A stretch of 64,000 nt of DNA from a virus (taxonomy: Duplodnaviria; Heunggongvirae; Uroviricota; Caudoviricetes): the IMG/VR virus record IMGVR_UViG_3300016467_000502, positions 12,785 through 76,784 of that record; one strand, written 5' to 3'. The translations under genes and the position numbers were made by a program. How positions within the stretch are numbered: position 1 is the stretch's first letter; every line of letters starts with the position of its first letter. Of the stretch, positions 8,938-17,133 are shown piece by piece. A model generated the notes under the pieces. The model was not told where the DNA came from, searched no databases, and saw only the letters and a list, made by a program, of their open reading frames with translations.

Positions 8938-9225
8938 TTACCACACAATTGCTACCTCGTACTCATTCAGCATCAGGTAATGCTTGTCTTCCAATGGCAC
9001 GACTTCACAGCTTTGTAATGCACTGCCGGAGATATACACTTCATCTCCCGCCTTTACACCTTCCACTTCTTCACCTACCGCAGACACTTTGAGGCGTGTC
9101 CACTTGCTGATGAATTCACGGTCCAGTGCAGCTTGCTGTTCTGGGGTCAGCTCAATAGCTGACTTTGGACGCTCTGGTTTCTCGATGAGAATACGGCGTC
9201 CCTTTAGGGCTTTAAACTCTAACAT
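8938..9225 (-). CDS. GroES/Hsp10-like co-chaperonin (T4 gp31 functional analogue)
   Basis: 95 aa. GRRILIEKPE ... AGDEVYIS ... YEVAIVW mirrors the GroES layout RVIVKR / GDIVIF / ILAIV. Confidence 0.55.
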   Translation of the reverse strand: MLEFKALKGRRILIEKPERPKSAIELTPEQQAALDREFISKWTRLKVSAVGEEVEGVKAGDEVYISGSALQSCEVVPLEDKHYLMLNEYEVAIVW

Positions 9226-9512
9226 TACTTTTGGGTCTTTAAGGGTCTTACTTTGGGGGACTCTTGCTCCTGGTCAACAGGGGCGTTTTGTTGTTGCTGC
9301 ACTTGGGCCATAAACATGGTGGCCTGTAGGCGTTCAGCGTCATTTTTGGCAGCGCGGTTCTGCTGTTCAGCAAGATCAGCGCGTAGAGTAGCCAGTTCAA
9401 TTTGTTCTTTGTACCACGCTACTACTTCTTCGCGCGACACTTCCTTTTCAGGAGCTTCAGTGTTTGACATAGGGTTAGTTGGTTTATTCAGCAAATTGCT
9501 GAGATTTAACAC
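9225..9512 (-). CDS. hypothetical coiled-coil protein
   Basis: 95 aa, Q/E/A-rich. Confidence 0.5.
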   Translation of the reverse strand: MLNLSNLLNKPTNPMSNTEAPEKEVSREEVVAWYKEQIELATLRADLAEQQNRAAKNDAERLQATMFMAQVQQQQNAPVDQEQESPKVRPLKTQK

Positions 9513-9536
9513 TACAAATATACTTCAAAAGTTTAA

Positions 9537-9580
9537 CCTCTACAAATTTATGCGTATTTTTGTAGAGAGAGGTCTACATT
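9537..9580. promoter_or_regulatory. divergent promoter/operator region with TCTACAAA / TTTGTAGA inverted pair plus a third GTCTACA
   Basis: TCTACAAAT (9539) ... TATTTTTGTAGAG (9555-9567) ... GGTCTACA. TATTTTTG fits the Bacteroidetes -7 box TAnnTTTG. Confidence 0.45.
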
Positions 9581-9593
9581 ATTATCCACCACT

Positions 9594-9893
9594 ATGAAAC
9601 CTGAAAGAAAAACACAGCGCTACAAACTGATGCGCAAAGAAGATGGCCACACGGTTTGGGCCAATGAAATACACTGGATTGAGTGGAACGAACATGGTCG
9701 CGGTAGAAAATCCCACAAAGAGCCTGGCATAGGTAGAAGCCTGCTTTGTGACCCATCTATGAACGGTCTTATGTTTGTCTGGCTAACCACACCCATCGTA
9801 GAAATAGTAAAGCAGTCCCCAAAGAGACTGCTTTTCAAAACCAGAAACTCCACCTATCTACTTACAGACAGGCATGCTGGTAAATCGTCATAA
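9594..9893 (+). CDS. hypothetical protein (lone plus-strand ORF among minus-strand genes)
   Basis: 99 aa ORF about 30 nt downstream of the TTTGTAGAG element. No motif recognised. Confidence 0.3.
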   Translation: MKPERKTQRYKLMRKEDGHTVWANEIHWIEWNEHGRGRKSHKEPGIGRSLLCDPSMNGLMFVWLTTPIVEIVKQSPKRLLFKTRNSTYLLTDRHAGKSS

Positions 9894-9895
9894 TC

Positions 9896-10246
9896 TTACT
9901 TGACCCTCCATATGCGCGCAAAGCGCTCATCAGGTTTAATCACAGCTGATTTCATTATCATTGATGCGTGCTGTGTTTTGATTAGTTTCTTTACCGTGTG
10001 AAGTTTCACTCTTGGTACTACAAAAGATTGTCGCGGTTTAATCTGAGTAAGTATTTCATTTACTCTAATTACAAATTCAGGATCCCTCACTCCCCTTTCA
10101 GGCATTGGTACATTTGTTTCCAATTTAAGTACTTCAGGTTGATTTAAGGGGCGTCCCACTTTTGCAGGTAATTTCTCTGCAGATTTTTTAGGTGTTGCCA
10201 TATGATTGTTTTTGATTACTGCTTGGCAAAGTATAGAAAAGTCCAC
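9896..10246 (-). CDS. hypothetical protein
   Basis: 116 aa ORF. Confidence 0.5.
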   Translation of the reverse strand: MDFSILCQAVIKNNHMATPKKSAEKLPAKVGRPLNQPEVLKLETNVPMPERGVRDPEFVIRVNEILTQIKPRQSFVVPRVKLHTVKKLIKTQHASMIMKSAVIKPDERFARIWRVK

Positions 10247-10306
10247 AAATTACAAAAACATTTTGCACAGTTAAAGATTGACCTCTACATTTGTATTGCA
10301 CACCTT

Positions 10307-10585
10307 ATGAATGACAATCTAAAATCTAAGCTAACACTGTTTAGCACCGGGGTATTTCAAGTCTACTTTGTAGCAATCAACACCTATTTTCTAAGCAAAG
10401 AGTTTTACCTGGGCGTCACATTTGCCGCCTTTATGATCTCCATGATATGGTCACACAATATCAAAAAAATCGCTTTTGGGACGACGACGGACAGGGTGCT
10501 GTACTCCCTGGGGGCCACGGTCGGTTCTCTCGCAGGCCTGGCAACGTCCAAAGCGCTAACCCAAACCCTATACAATCTGCTATGA
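10307..10585 (+). CDS. small membrane protein
   Basis: Start reassigned to the in-frame ATG at 10307 downstream of CTCTACATTTGTATTGCACACC (TACATTTG = TAnnTTTG). Hydrophobic segments. Confidence 0.5.
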   Translation: MNDNLKSKLTLFSTGVFQVYFVAINTYFLSKEFYLGVTFAAFMISMIWSHNIKKIAFGTTTDRVLYSLGATVGSLAGLATSKALTQTLYNLL

Positions 10586-10782
10586 CGATCAACAACAAAT
10601 TCAAGCTGGGCGAGATGGTGTACCTGCGTACAGATCCCGACCAATTCGGACGCATCATTGTGGCCATCCAAATCACCGTAGATGGTGGGATGCTTTACAA
10701 GCTTGCCATTGGTATGAATGAACAGTGGCACTACGAAGTCGAACTTGCCAGGGAGAAGACACCAGACTTTCTCCAAAACTAA
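10582..10782 (+). CDS. hypothetical protein
   Basis: 66 aa; ATGA overlap with the upstream gene. Confidence 0.5.
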   Translation: MTINNKFKLGEMVYLRTDPDQFGRIIVAIQITVDGGMLYKLAIGMNEQWHYEVELAREKTPDFLQN

Positions 10783-10828
10783 CTCCCTCGACCGCTACCT
10801 TGGGACCTGTTACGTGACAAGCAGGACA

Positions 10829-10862
10829 AAGCCCCGGCCTCATCGCTGGGGTTTTTTGTTGC
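10829..10862 (+). terminator. rho-independent terminator
   Basis: gccccggcctcatcgctggggttttttgttg: GC stem followed by a T-tract. Confidence 0.5.
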
Positions 10863-11390
10863 CATAGGTGCATGCAAAATCTGGAAAAATTCATGCAGTT
10901 GTGCGGGTTCACTGTCCAGTTTTTGCTGTAAAAAACTTGACATATGTAGCGCTACTTAGATGATCCCCCTAGGGTACGCTGGTTCTCACCTACCCCCGGT
11001 CAACTGCAGGGGTGAACATACCCCCCCATGTACCTACCAAGTTCAGGGACAGGGAAACGTGTGAGGGGGAGAGAGAGGGTACCCCCTACCTCAACCCTCC
11101 CCGCCCTCGCCAACCACAACCCTCACCCCCCAATCAATTCAGCAGTAAACCCAAATCTGATGAGACAATTTATCATCGCGGGTATGGTCATTTATGCAAA
11201 GACTCTCGTAGAAGCGTACTGCTACTACAGGGAGTTCTGCAAAGAGGACTAACACACTGTCTCGATAGAGGCGGACCGCACAGGCAGAGCACAGAGAGTT
11301 GGCAACGACTCTCTGATATGCTCATATAGCCCTGTCGTCCACAACTCTCACCTCCCACGTAATTCAGTATAAACCCCTAAATAACAAACC

Positions 11391-11915
11391 ATGAGCAAAA
11401 TCACAATGCTTGCGGACGCCAACGGGTTGGTAGTCCGCGCCTCTCAAAACGACACAACCACGGGCTTCATCGTGCTTCAGAGCAAGAAAGTCCAAGTCCG
11501 TGGTCGTCGTGCCAAGACCGTTAAGCGTAGCTGCTATATCAGCGGTACGCTTGAGGATTTGGCTGACCTTCAAGCCTATTGGGCGACTGAAGGCATCAGC
11601 GGTAAGATTGTAGTCCGCGAGTATGTCAAGTCTCAAGTTCCTAACGAGTTCATCGTTAAGAACCGCGAGACCAAGCTTCCTGATTGGAGTCGCATGACAC
11701 CCAAGCGTGCAGGCAACGAGGGTCCAGTCTTGACACTTGCGGGCGAGCCCATATATCGCTTTGCCATCTACGACGAGACAGGCGAGATGTCTGATATCAT
11801 TGTAGATCACGACAATAGCGATGCTGTCAAGGCCTATCAGGCTGCGGCTGCGGCTAACGCTGCGAAGGCGGCATTGCCTACGGGTCGTGGTCGCAAGGCT
11901 ACTGCGAAAGCGTAG
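11391..11915 (+). CDS. paralog 1 of tandem duplicated protein with C-terminal AT-hook-like basic tail
   Basis: 174 aa. Shares ...G.PI.RF.IYDE.GE.SDII..HDN.DA... with the ORF at 12139. Tail ...KAALPTGRGRKATAKA. Upstream CAGTATAAACCCCTAAAT motif. Confidence 0.6.
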   Translation: MSKITMLADANGLVVRASQNDTTTGFIVLQSKKVQVRGRRAKTVKRSCYISGTLEDLADLQAYWATEGISGKIVVREYVKSQVPNEFIVKNRETKLPDWSRMTPKRAGNEGPVLTLAGEPIYRFAIYDETGEMSDIIVDHDNSDAVKAYQAAAAANAAKAALPTGRGRKATAKA

Positions 11916-12138
11916 TCCTCGCACGGATACACGGTGGCTCACTTCGGTGGGCTGCCGCGTATTCACCGTGCACCTGCCACACACAACGCAAGTCACCCAC
12001 AGTGAGAACTGTATCCACTTGGTGAACTCGCATGAACGACGTTGATCAGAACGGGCTCATCACACCCTGCCTGACACAACCCACACCTCCCAAAAGATAC
12101 AGTATAAAACAAATAGTTAAACCCTAAAACCCAGAGCT

Positions 12139-12639
12139 ATGAGCGTAAAAATCGCCCCATCTGAGAGTGGTCAGTTGATCACAGCAACATCTAACCCTGA
12201 TTACGGCTACATGAGAGTCGTTGAGAAAAAGACCAGCGTGCAGGGACGTTGGTCACGCACTGAAGAGAGAAGTGCATTGGTACTCGGCACCATTGACTCT
12301 CTGGTAGATATCGTTAAGACCGCCCGCAATGGTGAGATGTCTGGACGTATCGTATACCAGGACTACCTTCAGTCTGAGATGCCTGACCATGTGCGTAAGG
12401 ACTTGGTAGGCAAGCGTGATGAGGAAGAAGCATTGGAGTCTTCCTTCCGTCGTGCTGGTGCTGATGGTCCGTACTTGACCATTGGCGGTGAGCGCATCGT
12501 CCGTTACAAGTTCTACGATGAGTCAGGTTCTACATCTGACATCATCTTGCAACACGATAACGGTGACGCTATCCGTGAGCACCAGGCGGCTAGTGTAGCG
12601 AAGGCTAAGAAAGCCACGTTGCCAGCAGGAAGGAAGTAG
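12139..12639 (+). CDS. paralog 2 of tandem duplicated protein with C-terminal AT-hook-like basic tail
   Basis: 166 aa. GERIVRYKFYDESGSTSDIILQHDNGDAI; tail KAKKATLPAGRK. Upstream CAGTATAAAAC...TTAAACCCTAAAACCC. Confidence 0.6.
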   Translation: MSVKIAPSESGQLITATSNPDYGYMRVVEKKTSVQGRWSRTEERSALVLGTIDSLVDIVKTARNGEMSGRIVYQDYLQSEMPDHVRKDLVGKRDEEEALESSFRRAGADGPYLTIGGERIVRYKFYDESGSTSDIILQHDNGDAIREHQAASVAKAKKATLPAGRK

Positions 12640-12655
12640 TGAGTGAGGGATCTGT

Positions 12656-12698
12656 ATATAGAGAGGGGAGACAAGTTCGTCTCCTCTCCTATATCAGT
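12656..12698 (+). terminator. long imperfect palindrome / terminator-like hairpin
   Basis: tatatagagaggggagacaagttcgtctcctctcctatat: roughly 17-bp arms. Confidence 0.4.
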
Positions 12699-12840
12699 TC
12701 TTGCCAGCGCTAGCTACCTCTAATCAGTTAGTATCACCCCTAACAGTTCTTTCCAGGCACCAATCAGCACTAGTATTTATTACGTAAAAACATCTACTAA
12801 AGTGATGTTTAATACGTAAAAACATGTATATTATAAGTGT

Positions 12841-13353
12841 ATGGAACACAGAAATATACCAATTGAAGGTCTTGAGAACTATCAAGTTACTGAAGACGGG
12901 CAGGTTTACAACACCAAAACCAAGCGCTACAGAAAGCATTTCATCAATCCTGGAGGCTATGCGGTGGTCAATATCATGATCAAAGCCAAGAGCAGAACCT
13001 TTCAGGTTCACCGTTTGGTTGCTGCTGCTTTCTGCAAGAATGACGGCTATCCTGTTGTAAATCACATAGATGGCGACAAGTTGAACAATCACTACACCAA
13101 CCTTGAGTGGTGTTCACACGCACATAACCGACTGCACTCTGCAAGAGTTCTGGGAAACACAGACAGTAAACACTTGTTTCAACCAGGTAATGCTAGCAGG
13201 TCCAGACCATGTCGCATTGTAAAAGGCCCAAAACCAGGTGATTATCCTTCTTTCAAAGCTGCTGCAGATGCTAATGGAACTACAAGCTCTTACCTTTCCA
13301 CCATTGTCAGACGCAACATTAACTCATCAGTCTTCATTGTAGAAAGACTCTGA
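12841..13353 (+). CDS. HNH homing endonuclease (HNH_3/AP2-like)
   Basis: VVNHIDGDKLNNHYTNLEWCSHAHNRLH is a classic HNH_3 motif. Confidence 0.7.
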   Translation: MEHRNIPIEGLENYQVTEDGQVYNTKTKRYRKHFINPGGYAVVNIMIKAKSRTFQVHRLVAAAFCKNDGYPVVNHIDGDKLNNHYTNLEWCSHAHNRLHSARVLGNTDSKHLFQPGNASRSRPCRIVKGPKPGDYPSFKAAADANGTTSSYLSTIVRRNINSSVFIVERL

Positions 13354-13477
13354 GCTTTTTGTGCGGGATTGAGCAGAGAATGAGGGAGGTGATGAGGGGG
13401 ACCACTCCACCCTCCACTGATTGCTAACTCCCTAAGTGACAGTACTTTACCCACAAAAATATGCTCACGTAGATAGC

Positions 13478-13540
13478 TACACATGTAAGTACGCATGTAA
13501 GTAAGCTAGTAAGTAAGCATATATGTCAGCACAGTAAGCC
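13478..13540. repeat. iteron-like tandem degenerate repeats (GTAAGTAAGC-like, period about 12 nt)
   Basis: catgtaagtacg / catgtaagtaagc / tagtaagtaagc / atatgtcagc / acagtaagcc. Confidence 0.5.
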
Positions 13541-13631
13541 AGTGTGTTATGCTCTATATACATTACTCTCTATGGGTGATGATTCAGAGTCATAGCCACC
13601 CGCGTTTTCGTTAACCCCTAATCTGTACAAG

Positions 13632-13883
13632 ATGAAAGCTTTCCTTATCCTCTCTGTGGTATGCATGCTTGCGACTACCGCAGACACCTGGGTTAATCCC
13701 CATCCAGAAGTCAACCGTTCTTTTGATAAGGTTGACCAAGCTGTTCAGCATATAGACTCTTTGGGTCTTGTGTATGATGACGTTACTGATGATAACATCA
13801 CCGCTGCTATTCTTGAGACGGCTGATGTATTATCTCTTTCAGACGATGAGCTCCAGGCAGTCGTTGATCACTATGCTGATTGA
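13632..13883 (+). CDS. small secreted protein (N-terminal signal peptide)
   Basis: MKAFLILSVVCMLATTADTW is signal-peptide-like; acidic remainder. Confidence 0.5.
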   Translation: MKAFLILSVVCMLATTADTWVNPHPEVNRSFDKVDQAVQHIDSLGLVYDDVTDDNITAAILETADVLSLSDDELQAVVDHYAD

Positions 13884-14461
13884 CGACCGCCTTGGTGTAA
13901 TGCACCACAACTCACGTGGATATATATAAAACCACACTGACAATCAATTAGGAGATGAAAACGTCCACCTACATTGTCAGTCTCCCAAGGGTGAGCAGTT
14001 GTAACAACCAAGAAGCTAAAAACGAAGAAGACGACCACCCTGACAAGCGTGGAGTTACGGAGCGCGATCTCCCTGGTTAATGTTACAACTGAGTGCAGAG
14101 GGACTCCTTTGACACAATCGCACTGAAGATAACACAGCAGGGGGAAACGACCCGCTTGGGTCTACTTGGCAGTATAGGATAACCATGTCCTTAGTACTTG
14201 CAGAGTCCGTGAAGCCTGCTAGTCTTTTGCAGACCATGTCTTACGGGACAGGATAAAACTGTTGAGTGATGGTTCACGTCAGCATAGCAAGAGGGTCAAG
14301 TACTACAACCTTGACAAAACATTAGGCCGTTTGACCCGCATATGGGGAGGTCAAGACCCATAACTGGATATGCTCGGTTATGTCGCGCTGAAGACAGAGC
14401 GCAAGGGGGACGGATAGAGATCCCCCTAAATCTGTCAAAGTTTAACCTTAATACCACAGCC

Positions 14462-14692
14462 ATGAGTAAGTTCATCGTGTTCAATACCCAGAAACAGGCA
14501 GAGCACTGGGTCAAGTTCAAGAATGCCATTGTGCAGAAAGAATTGGAGCTTGCACAAGACTCTGAAAGATTTGCCCATTTCAGGTTGAGTTCCAAGAACC
14601 GTGTCGTCTACGTCAGTGGATGGCAGTGTGGCTGTGGATGCGACCGGGGGCACACCTCTGTGAGCGTAGTCGGGCGTTTCAAAAGCGCCTGA
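14462..14692 (+). CDS. hypothetical protein
   Basis: Start at the internal Met (MSKFIVF...), preceded by AAGTTTAACCTTAATACC; ends in a terminator hairpin. Confidence 0.5.
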   Translation: MSKFIVFNTQKQAEHWVKFKNAIVQKELELAQDSERFAHFRLSSKNRVVYVSGWQCGCGCDRGHTSVSVVGRFKSA

Positions 14693-14701
14693 CTTTTTTT
14701 T
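14672..14701 (+). terminator. rho-independent terminator
   Basis: ggcgtttcaaaagcgcc followed by tgactttttttt. Confidence 0.55.
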
Positions 14702-14817
14702 ACATAAAGCATTCAGCGCATGTCGAAAACACACGGCTCGCCTGCTACGCGGGTTCTATGTGAGTACACATGCGCTTTTGCTTTTGAGTTTGAAGTTTAA
14801 CCAATACCTGAAATACC

Positions 14818-14952
14818 ATGAAAAATTACACTCATGAAGACATGCACAAAGAGTTCAAATTGGGCATGCTTGCTGGAATCACCCTTGTGTTGGGTGTAGC
14901 CACCGTTGCAGCCTGCGTTTACATCATGTTTAACCCCCAAATCTTAGGATAA
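14818..14952 (+). CDS. small membrane protein (44 aa)
   Basis: Hand-translated MKNYTHEDMHKEFKLGMLAGITLVLGVATVAACVYIMFNPQILG, preceded by AAGTTTAACCAATACC. Confidence 0.4.
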   Translation: MKNYTHEDMHKEFKLGMLAGITLVLGVATVAACVYIMFNPQILG

Positions 14953-15167
14953 TGAGAACATTCATCGCTATTATGGCTTTTGTTGGTACCTATTGCTGCC
15001 TTTACACGTGTGTAGCAGCATTCTTTGCCATGGTCACCACAGCCACCTTCCAGGAAATTTGTGGACACCCTAGCTATATGGTCGTTCCCAGCATGATCTA
15101 CTTGATTTTAGCAGGGTATGTATCTGAAGAAGTATATAATACTTATGGCCAAGTTAAAGACCATTGA
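14952..15167 (+). CDS. small membrane protein
   Basis: 71 aa, hydrophobic throughout. Confidence 0.5.
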   Translation: MRTFIAIMAFVGTYCCLYTCVAAFFAMVTTATFQEICGHPSYMVVPSMIYLILAGYVSEEVYNTYGQVKDH

Positions 15168-15268
15168 AGTTTCTATGCAGGAGATCTGGGCGCACACGCG
15201 TCCAGTCGTGCACAAGAACAAGAAGAAATACACACGCAAGAACAAACATAAACCCAAATCCGACGACA

Positions 15269-15502
15269 ATGAGTGAACACTTTTTGCACGACCACATTGA
15301 CCTGTCAGGCGATACGCCCAAGATCGTACGCAAATACATCAACATGAAAAAGATGGACATCACCCTGAAGTCCTTTGATATTGCCGGCAAAGGCATTGGC
15401 AGTTACAAACCGTTTCATGGACAGCGCGTCTTTGGTCACGTGCGGTTGAACAAATATGTGTTACGCGGATTGTTTGTGGATCCTAATAACTACGCCGTAT
15501 GA
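15269..15502 (+). CDS. hypothetical protein
   Basis: Internal ATG start (MSEHFLHD...) of table ORF 15164..15502; the upstream part is a Thr/Arg-rich artefact. Confidence 0.45.
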   Translation: MSEHFLHDHIDLSGDTPKIVRKYINMKKMDITLKSFDIAGKGIGSYKPFHGQRVFGHVRLNKYVLRGLFVDPNNYAV

Positions 15503-15663
15503 GTGAACCTGTAAAAGAAAAAACATGGACAGTGATTTATCACTTTGACCGTGACAAGACCCAAGTAATCACCGGTCTTACCAGAGAGGAGGCAGAACGC
15601 CATCTTCAAATATGTGTGTTTCGCAACCAAGATTGTGTGAACGCACAAGTCTTTCGTTCCTGA
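15499..15663 (+). CDS. small hypothetical protein (54 aa)
   Basis: ATGA-coupled to the upstream gene; MSEPVKEKTWTVIYHFDRDKTQVITGLTREEAERHLQICVFRNQDCVNAQVFRS. Confidence 0.4.
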   Translation: MSEPVKEKTWTVIYHFDRDKTQVITGLTREEAERHLQICVFRNQDCVNAQVFRS

Positions 15664-15750
15664 TATTAAACTGAAGTGTGCAGTCTCTCTGAGTTTTGGT
15701 TTTGTTTAGTTGCCAAGAGAGCAGGGTTTACTGCTATAAACCGCACTTAA

Positions 15751-15790
15751 TGTCCGCTGGCAACGGACGCTTCAGTTTTCTTTTTTGTCT
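15751..15790 (+). terminator. rho-independent terminator
   Basis: gtccgctggcaacggacgc followed by ttcagttttctttttt. Confidence 0.45.
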
Positions 15791-15810
15791 AACCTAATCC
15801 CAATAACCCC

Positions 15811-16347
15811 ATGAAGAAGTTATTTGAAATCACCCTTGCAACACTGCTGTTTAGCGTTGTGATGCTCATCAGCGTAAGTTTTTACAAGTCTACGCATGAT
15901 CTCAGTCTTTCTTACAATTCAAGAACAATGATACTGGTTTTTGATTTGCTGTTGAAGGTAATGTTCATGATCAGTTCAGCCATGCTTGCATTTTTAATGC
16001 TAAAGATGGCAAATGATTATTTCAAGAACTATGAAAAGCCTGAACGTCGTCCGCTTATGTTCCACTCCAGGGCAGAAGTATCTTGGGTAGAAGTAGAGTA
16101 CGACCCTGAAGGCGAAGAAATCAGACGTAACAAACACTCCCTTGAGCTCGTGCACAACATGTGTCGCACTGAAGATGACAACACACTGGATTACGTGGTT
16201 CAATCTTGGCATACATGGCGTCGCGCAAACGATAAGAAAGATGCAAAGTCTGCGCAGGATCTGTGTGACTACATCAATATGCACACGCTGTACAAAGCGG
16301 CAACCACAAAAGAAGAGTTTTACCAATTATTAAAAGGAAAGTCATGA
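15811..16347 (+). CDS. membrane protein (2 N-terminal TM helices)
   Basis: 178 aa; preceded by TCTAACCTAATCCCAATAACCCC. Confidence 0.55.
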   Translation: MKKLFEITLATLLFSVVMLISVSFYKSTHDLSLSYNSRTMILVFDLLLKVMFMISSAMLAFLMLKMANDYFKNYEKPERRPLMFHSRAEVSWVEVEYDPEGEEIRRNKHSLELVHNMCRTEDDNTLDYVVQSWHTWRRANDKKDAKSAQDLCDYINMHTLYKAATTKEEFYQLLKGKS

Positions 16348-16928
16348 AATACTTTATCTACGACACCAAGTCACTGACATACAAGTCAGTCCCTCATCCA
16401 GTGTACAATGGTACGTTCTTGATGAGATACATCGCCATTACTTTGCTGTTTGGACTTTGCATGATAGTGCTGGGCAGATGGATGGGCCAGCAAGATGTTC
16501 AAGAACCTTCTCAGAAGGAACTCAAGGTTATCATTCAGGAAAGCGACCCTTTCACTGAAGAAAAACTGGTAGCATATCTGAAGGACCTGAACATCAAGTA
16601 CCCTGAAATTGTGTATGCACAGGCTGTATTGGAAACAGGAAACTTCAAAAGCGAAGTGTTTTTGCAGAACCACAATCTGTTTGGCATGAGAGAAGCTCTC
16701 ATACGCCCGACGACAAACTGTGGTACTAATCTGAACCATGCGACGTACGCTCATTGGAGAGAATCTGTGCTTGACTATGCATTATACCAAGCTTCCTACC
16801 TGTATGAAATCAGGTCAGCAGATGAATATTACGCTTACCTATTCCAACACTATGCTGAAGATAAAACGTATGTTGATAAGATTAAAACGATTGCAGAACA
16901 AGAGGACACGCGAGCAAGTTTTTCATAA
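16344..16928 (+). CDS. peptidoglycan hydrolase, glucosaminidase (FlgJ-like) domain with N-terminal membrane anchor
   Basis: EIVYAQAVLETGNFKSEVFLQNHNLFGMR matches the PF01832 pattern AQAilESGwG.S...nNLFGik. N-terminal TM segment YIAITLLFGLCMIVLG. Confidence 0.6.
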   Translation: MKYFIYDTKSLTYKSVPHPVYNGTFLMRYIAITLLFGLCMIVLGRWMGQQDVQEPSQKELKVIIQESDPFTEEKLVAYLKDLNIKYPEIVYAQAVLETGNFKSEVFLQNHNLFGMREALIRPTTNCGTNLNHATYAHWRESVLDYALYQASYLYEIRSADEYYAYLFQHYAEDKTYVDKIKTIAEQEDTRASFS

Positions 16929-17133
16929 CCTGCGAGCGTATAGCACTTATTCTGTAATGGTGATTGATCACAGTCAGCGAAGCATTCAGCAAATGGAGTT
17001 TGCTGAACTTAAGGACGCGGTTTCCTACATCTACCCTCACTGTAAAACACAATACGACAAAGAGTTTTTTGTGTATGCAAACACCAGTAAGGGTAAAAAG
17101 TTCCTTCAATTCAAACCTGTAATCTTGTAGACT

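Noticed and set aside
11012-11329. 105-aa Pro-rich ORF in the GC-skewed spacer
   Set aside because: Low-complexity P/R/Q-rich translation of a C-tract region. No start context like other genes. Treated as non-coding.
11364-11996. 210-aa minus-strand ORF
   Set aside because: Exactly antisense to paralog 1 (11391..11915). R/S/L/C-rich composition. The plus-strand gene has a paralog and a conserved upstream motif.
12841-14461. Group I intron carrying the HNH endonuclease
   Set aside because: No interrupted conserved host gene flanks it, and no recognisable P7/P3 core by eye. Treated as a freestanding homing endonuclease. A structured RNA in the downstream spacer remains a low-confidence finding.
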